A stretch of DNA of 26,946 nucleotides from a virus (taxonomy: Duplodnaviria > Caudoviricetes): positions 1 to 26,946 of the IMG/VR virus record IMGVR_UViG_3300032093_000702; one strand, given 5' to 3'. This document shows, in pieces, positions 24,872 to 26,946 of this stretch. A model generated the notes under the pieces. It ran no database searches. It worked only from the letters and a program-made list of their open reading frames with translations, and was not told the DNA's origin. Within the stretch, counting starts at the first letter, position 1; every line of letters starts with the position of its first letter. Position numbers and translations under genes: made by a program.

Positions 24872-25386
24872 TTGAACCAAATTTTTCAACAGTCCCTGAA
24901 GAACTCGTGAATCGCCGCCAGTGGGTTCTTTGGCGGCTAATTGTGCGAGACGGTAAGGACACAAAAATCCCGTGGTCGGTTTACGACAAGCCAGCCAGCT
25001 CGACTGATTCCGAAACATGGCACGAATTTGAAAGCGTTGTGATGCGGTACAGGTCGGGCTACCACGCTGGGATCGGGTTTGTGTTCGTGGATGGAGACGG
25101 TTTTGCTGGAATAGATCTGGACTCCTGCAGGCATCCAGAGAGCGGCCTGATTGCTCCGTGGGCTCAGCAGTGGCTCGACAAGTCTGAAGACGCCTACGCT
25201 GAAGTGAGCCCGTCAGAAACCGGAATAAAGATTTGGGTGCGGTCGGAAATGAAGCTCGACAAGGGCCGGAACATCAAGATTGACGAGGAAGCGCTGGTGC
25301 CAGGGAAAAAACCGGGGATCGAGATTTACACGCATGGCCGGTACTTCGCAGTCACTGGAAAGAAGCTGAAGGATTTTGCACGATGA
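24868..25386 (+). CDS. Standalone AEP primase-polymerase catalytic domain (NrS-1-like N-domain)
   Basis: 'QWVLW', 'KIP', 'ASS.D.ETW', 'GIGF', 'GIDLD', 'E.SPS..G', 'EIY..GRYF.VTG'. Confidence 0.85.
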   Translation: MIEPNFSTVPEELVNRRQWVLWRLIVRDGKDTKIPWSVYDKPASSTDSETWHEFESVVMRYRSGYHAGIGFVFVDGDGFAGIDLDSCRHPESGLIAPWAQQWLDKSEDAYAEVSPSETGIKIWVRSEMKLDKGRNIKIDEEALVPGKKPGIEIYTHGRYFAVTGKKLKDFAR

Positions 25387-26687
25387 GTTCCGGAGATGCA
25401 TTGATTACAGCCGTTCTGGAAACATACGGCGCGGCACAACCACTGGAGTATCATCACCAGCGTGATTTTCGCTCGGAAGATGCTGTTGTCGAGCGAGCTG
25501 CGAAGTACGTCGAAAAGATGCCTTCAGCAGTGTCTGGAGAAAATGGCCACGCAAAGACGTACCACGTCGCCTGTGTTTTGGTCAAAGGATTTGAGCTGTC
25601 GACCGATCAGGCAATGAGCATCCTGAAAGAGTTCAATGCTCGATGTGATCCCCCCTGGTCGGATCATGAGTTGCAGCACAAGCTGGACGACGCTCAGCGA
25701 GCAACAGGCCAGAGCGGATATCTGAGAAATGCAAAGCCGGAGCGATGGGATTCGGTCAGCGTCCCACAGTACGCAGAACCAAAGAAGAAACAGAAGCCAG
25801 TCGAAAAGGTTGAGCGGTCAAAGCCAACGCGCAGGAGCCTTCGCGATGCCGTGAGGCAGTCGATTGAGCATTCAGCCACAGGAAAGAAAAACCTGATCGA
25901 CTTGGGGATTCCAGCGCTCAACCGCGCGATTGGCGGCGGTGCTGAGTTTGGCGAAATGATCATGATTGCTGCAAGACCATCACATGGGAAATCGGCAATG
26001 GCTTTGCAGATGATCGACCAGATGACGAGCGACGGAATTCAGTGTGCATTCTTCTCTGAAGAAATGAACTCATTGACGGTCGGAAAGCGGGTGCTGCAGT
26101 TTGTTGTTGCGACTCCGGAGACAATGTGGAACGCTAATAGACAGAAGCTCGAAACAGACGTTGAGGCACATTTCCACGATCGGGCCGAATGCGAAGTTAT
26201 CGAGAATTGCAGGACTGCTGAGCGAGTTGCGGAAGAGATTCGTGAACTGGCAGCCAAAGGAGTTAAAGCCGTTGTCGTGGATTATGTGCAGTTGCTGTCC
26301 AGTTCTGGAAACCGATTCGAAACAGTAACAGCCAACAGCGTGATTCTTCGAAAGGTCTGCACAGAAACCGGAGTGCTGCTGATTGTGCTGGCTCAAATGT
26401 CGAGAGCGATCGAGGGGCGAGATTCATTCATTCCAAAAACATCAGACCTTCGTGAATCTGGACAACTCGAACAGGATGCTGATGTGCTGCTGTTTTTGGT
26501 TTGGCCGTGGAAGCTGAATAGCGAGAAGCCAAAGGAGGAATACGTTGTCTTCGTAGCGAAGAATCGGAACAGAGAAATCGTCGATGTTTGTGTGCAGTGC
26601 AGGTTCGATCCGGCGAGACAGAAAATAACTGGAGCCGGTCCAGATACGTCTTCAATTGATTGGGCAGAAAGGCGATTTGCCAATTGA
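25383..26687 (+). CDS. PriCT-like domain fused to DnaB-family helicase domain
   Basis: N-terminal 'FNARCDPPWSDHEL..K'; Walker A 'AARPSHGKS', 'VDYVQL', 'LAQMSR', 'DLRESGQLEQDAD', 'AKNRN'. Confidence 0.88.
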   Translation: MSSGDALITAVLETYGAAQPLEYHHQRDFRSEDAVVERAAKYVEKMPSAVSGENGHAKTYHVACVLVKGFELSTDQAMSILKEFNARCDPPWSDHELQHKLDDAQRATGQSGYLRNAKPERWDSVSVPQYAEPKKKQKPVEKVERSKPTRRSLRDAVRQSIEHSATGKKNLIDLGIPALNRAIGGGAEFGEMIMIAARPSHGKSAMALQMIDQMTSDGIQCAFFSEEMNSLTVGKRVLQFVVATPETMWNANRQKLETDVEAHFHDRAECEVIENCRTAERVAEEIRELAAKGVKAVVVDYVQLLSSSGNRFETVTANSVILRKVCTETGVLLIVLAQMSRAIEGRDSFIPKTSDLRESGQLEQDADVLLFLVWPWKLNSEKPKEEYVVFVAKNRNREIVDVCVQCRFDPARQKITGAGPDTSSIDWAERRFAN

Positions 26688-26688
26688 A

Positions 26689-26750
26689 TTGGAGTAGATG
26701 CACATTCCGTATACAATAATAATTGACGCGAGCAATTCGCTAGGTAATAT
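26689..26750 (+). promoter_or_regulatory. Tandem sigma70-like promoter candidates
   Basis: TTGGAG-N17-TACAAT (26689-26717) and TTGACG-N16-TAATAT (26723-26750) in an AT-rich gap. Confidence 0.45.
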
Positions 26751-26769
26751 TCGTAGACGGAAAACCACA

Positions 26770-26937
26770 ATGAAGAAAAAACTAAAAGGCCGACCGAAGA
26801 AAAAGAGGACCGAAGTTCTTGTGAACGTCAACGTGCGAGTTTCGCAGGCCGTGAAGAAGATTGTTGAGAGCTGGAAGAAAAGAAAACGCGAACGGCTCGA
26901 GAAGGCTATTAAGGCTGAGCAGGCAACAGAGGAATAG
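26770..26937 (+). CDS. Small basic protein, ribbon-helix-helix-like
   Basis: 'GRPKK...VNVNVRVS' beta-strand followed by helices; downstream of promoter candidates. Confidence 0.5.
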   Translation: MKKKLKGRPKKKRTEVLVNVNVRVSQAVKKIVESWKKRKRERLEKAIKAEQATEE

Positions 26938-26946
26938 AACATCCGC

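Noticed and set aside
1-26946. Diversity-generating retroelement, retron or alternative genetic code
   Set aside because: No reverse transcriptase motifs or long near-duplicate repeats; genes read through cleanly in the standard code with all three stop codons used.

Overview
Roughly 27 kb of a temperate tailed (siphovirus-like) phage genome. A Planctomycetota-like host is inferred from gene style only. 1-15.9 kb, + strand, is a late operon: 5'-truncated GpA-type terminase, Ogr-like Zn finger, gpW, lambda-type portal, protease/scaffold, decoration protein, Mu gpT-type capsid, neck genes (one split, with a very basic insert), tail tube, G/GT chaperones with a -1 frameshift site, a short tape measure, Cys- and Ser-Gly-rich tail-tip proteins, and a glycosyltransferase-FkbM methyltransferase fusion. 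At 15.9-17.5 kb are a small tyrosine integrase (- strand), an intact attP carrying the 3' half of tRNA-Leu(CAG), and an HTH gene bracketed by two promoters that each carry a 17-bp operator. 17.5-26.9 kb, + strand, holds early genes: GIY-YIG, DUF3102, CsrA, NinG, RecE-like nuclease, DUF1376 initiator with iterons, a standalone prim-pol domain and a PriCT-DnaB fusion. No CI-type repressor or lysis cassette is recognisable in the window. The most striking signal is non-coding. A terminator hairpin directly after the attP tRNA fragment exposes two loops complementary, in antiparallel order, to two sites in the early-operon leader. This suggests an antisense immunity RNA switched on by integration behind the host tRNA promoter. 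A tRNA-like RNA lacking a normal anticodon loop, further bulged hairpins and a C4-like cloverleaf/terminator switch are also present. All protein calls come from motif recognition by eye; no database search or folding program was run.
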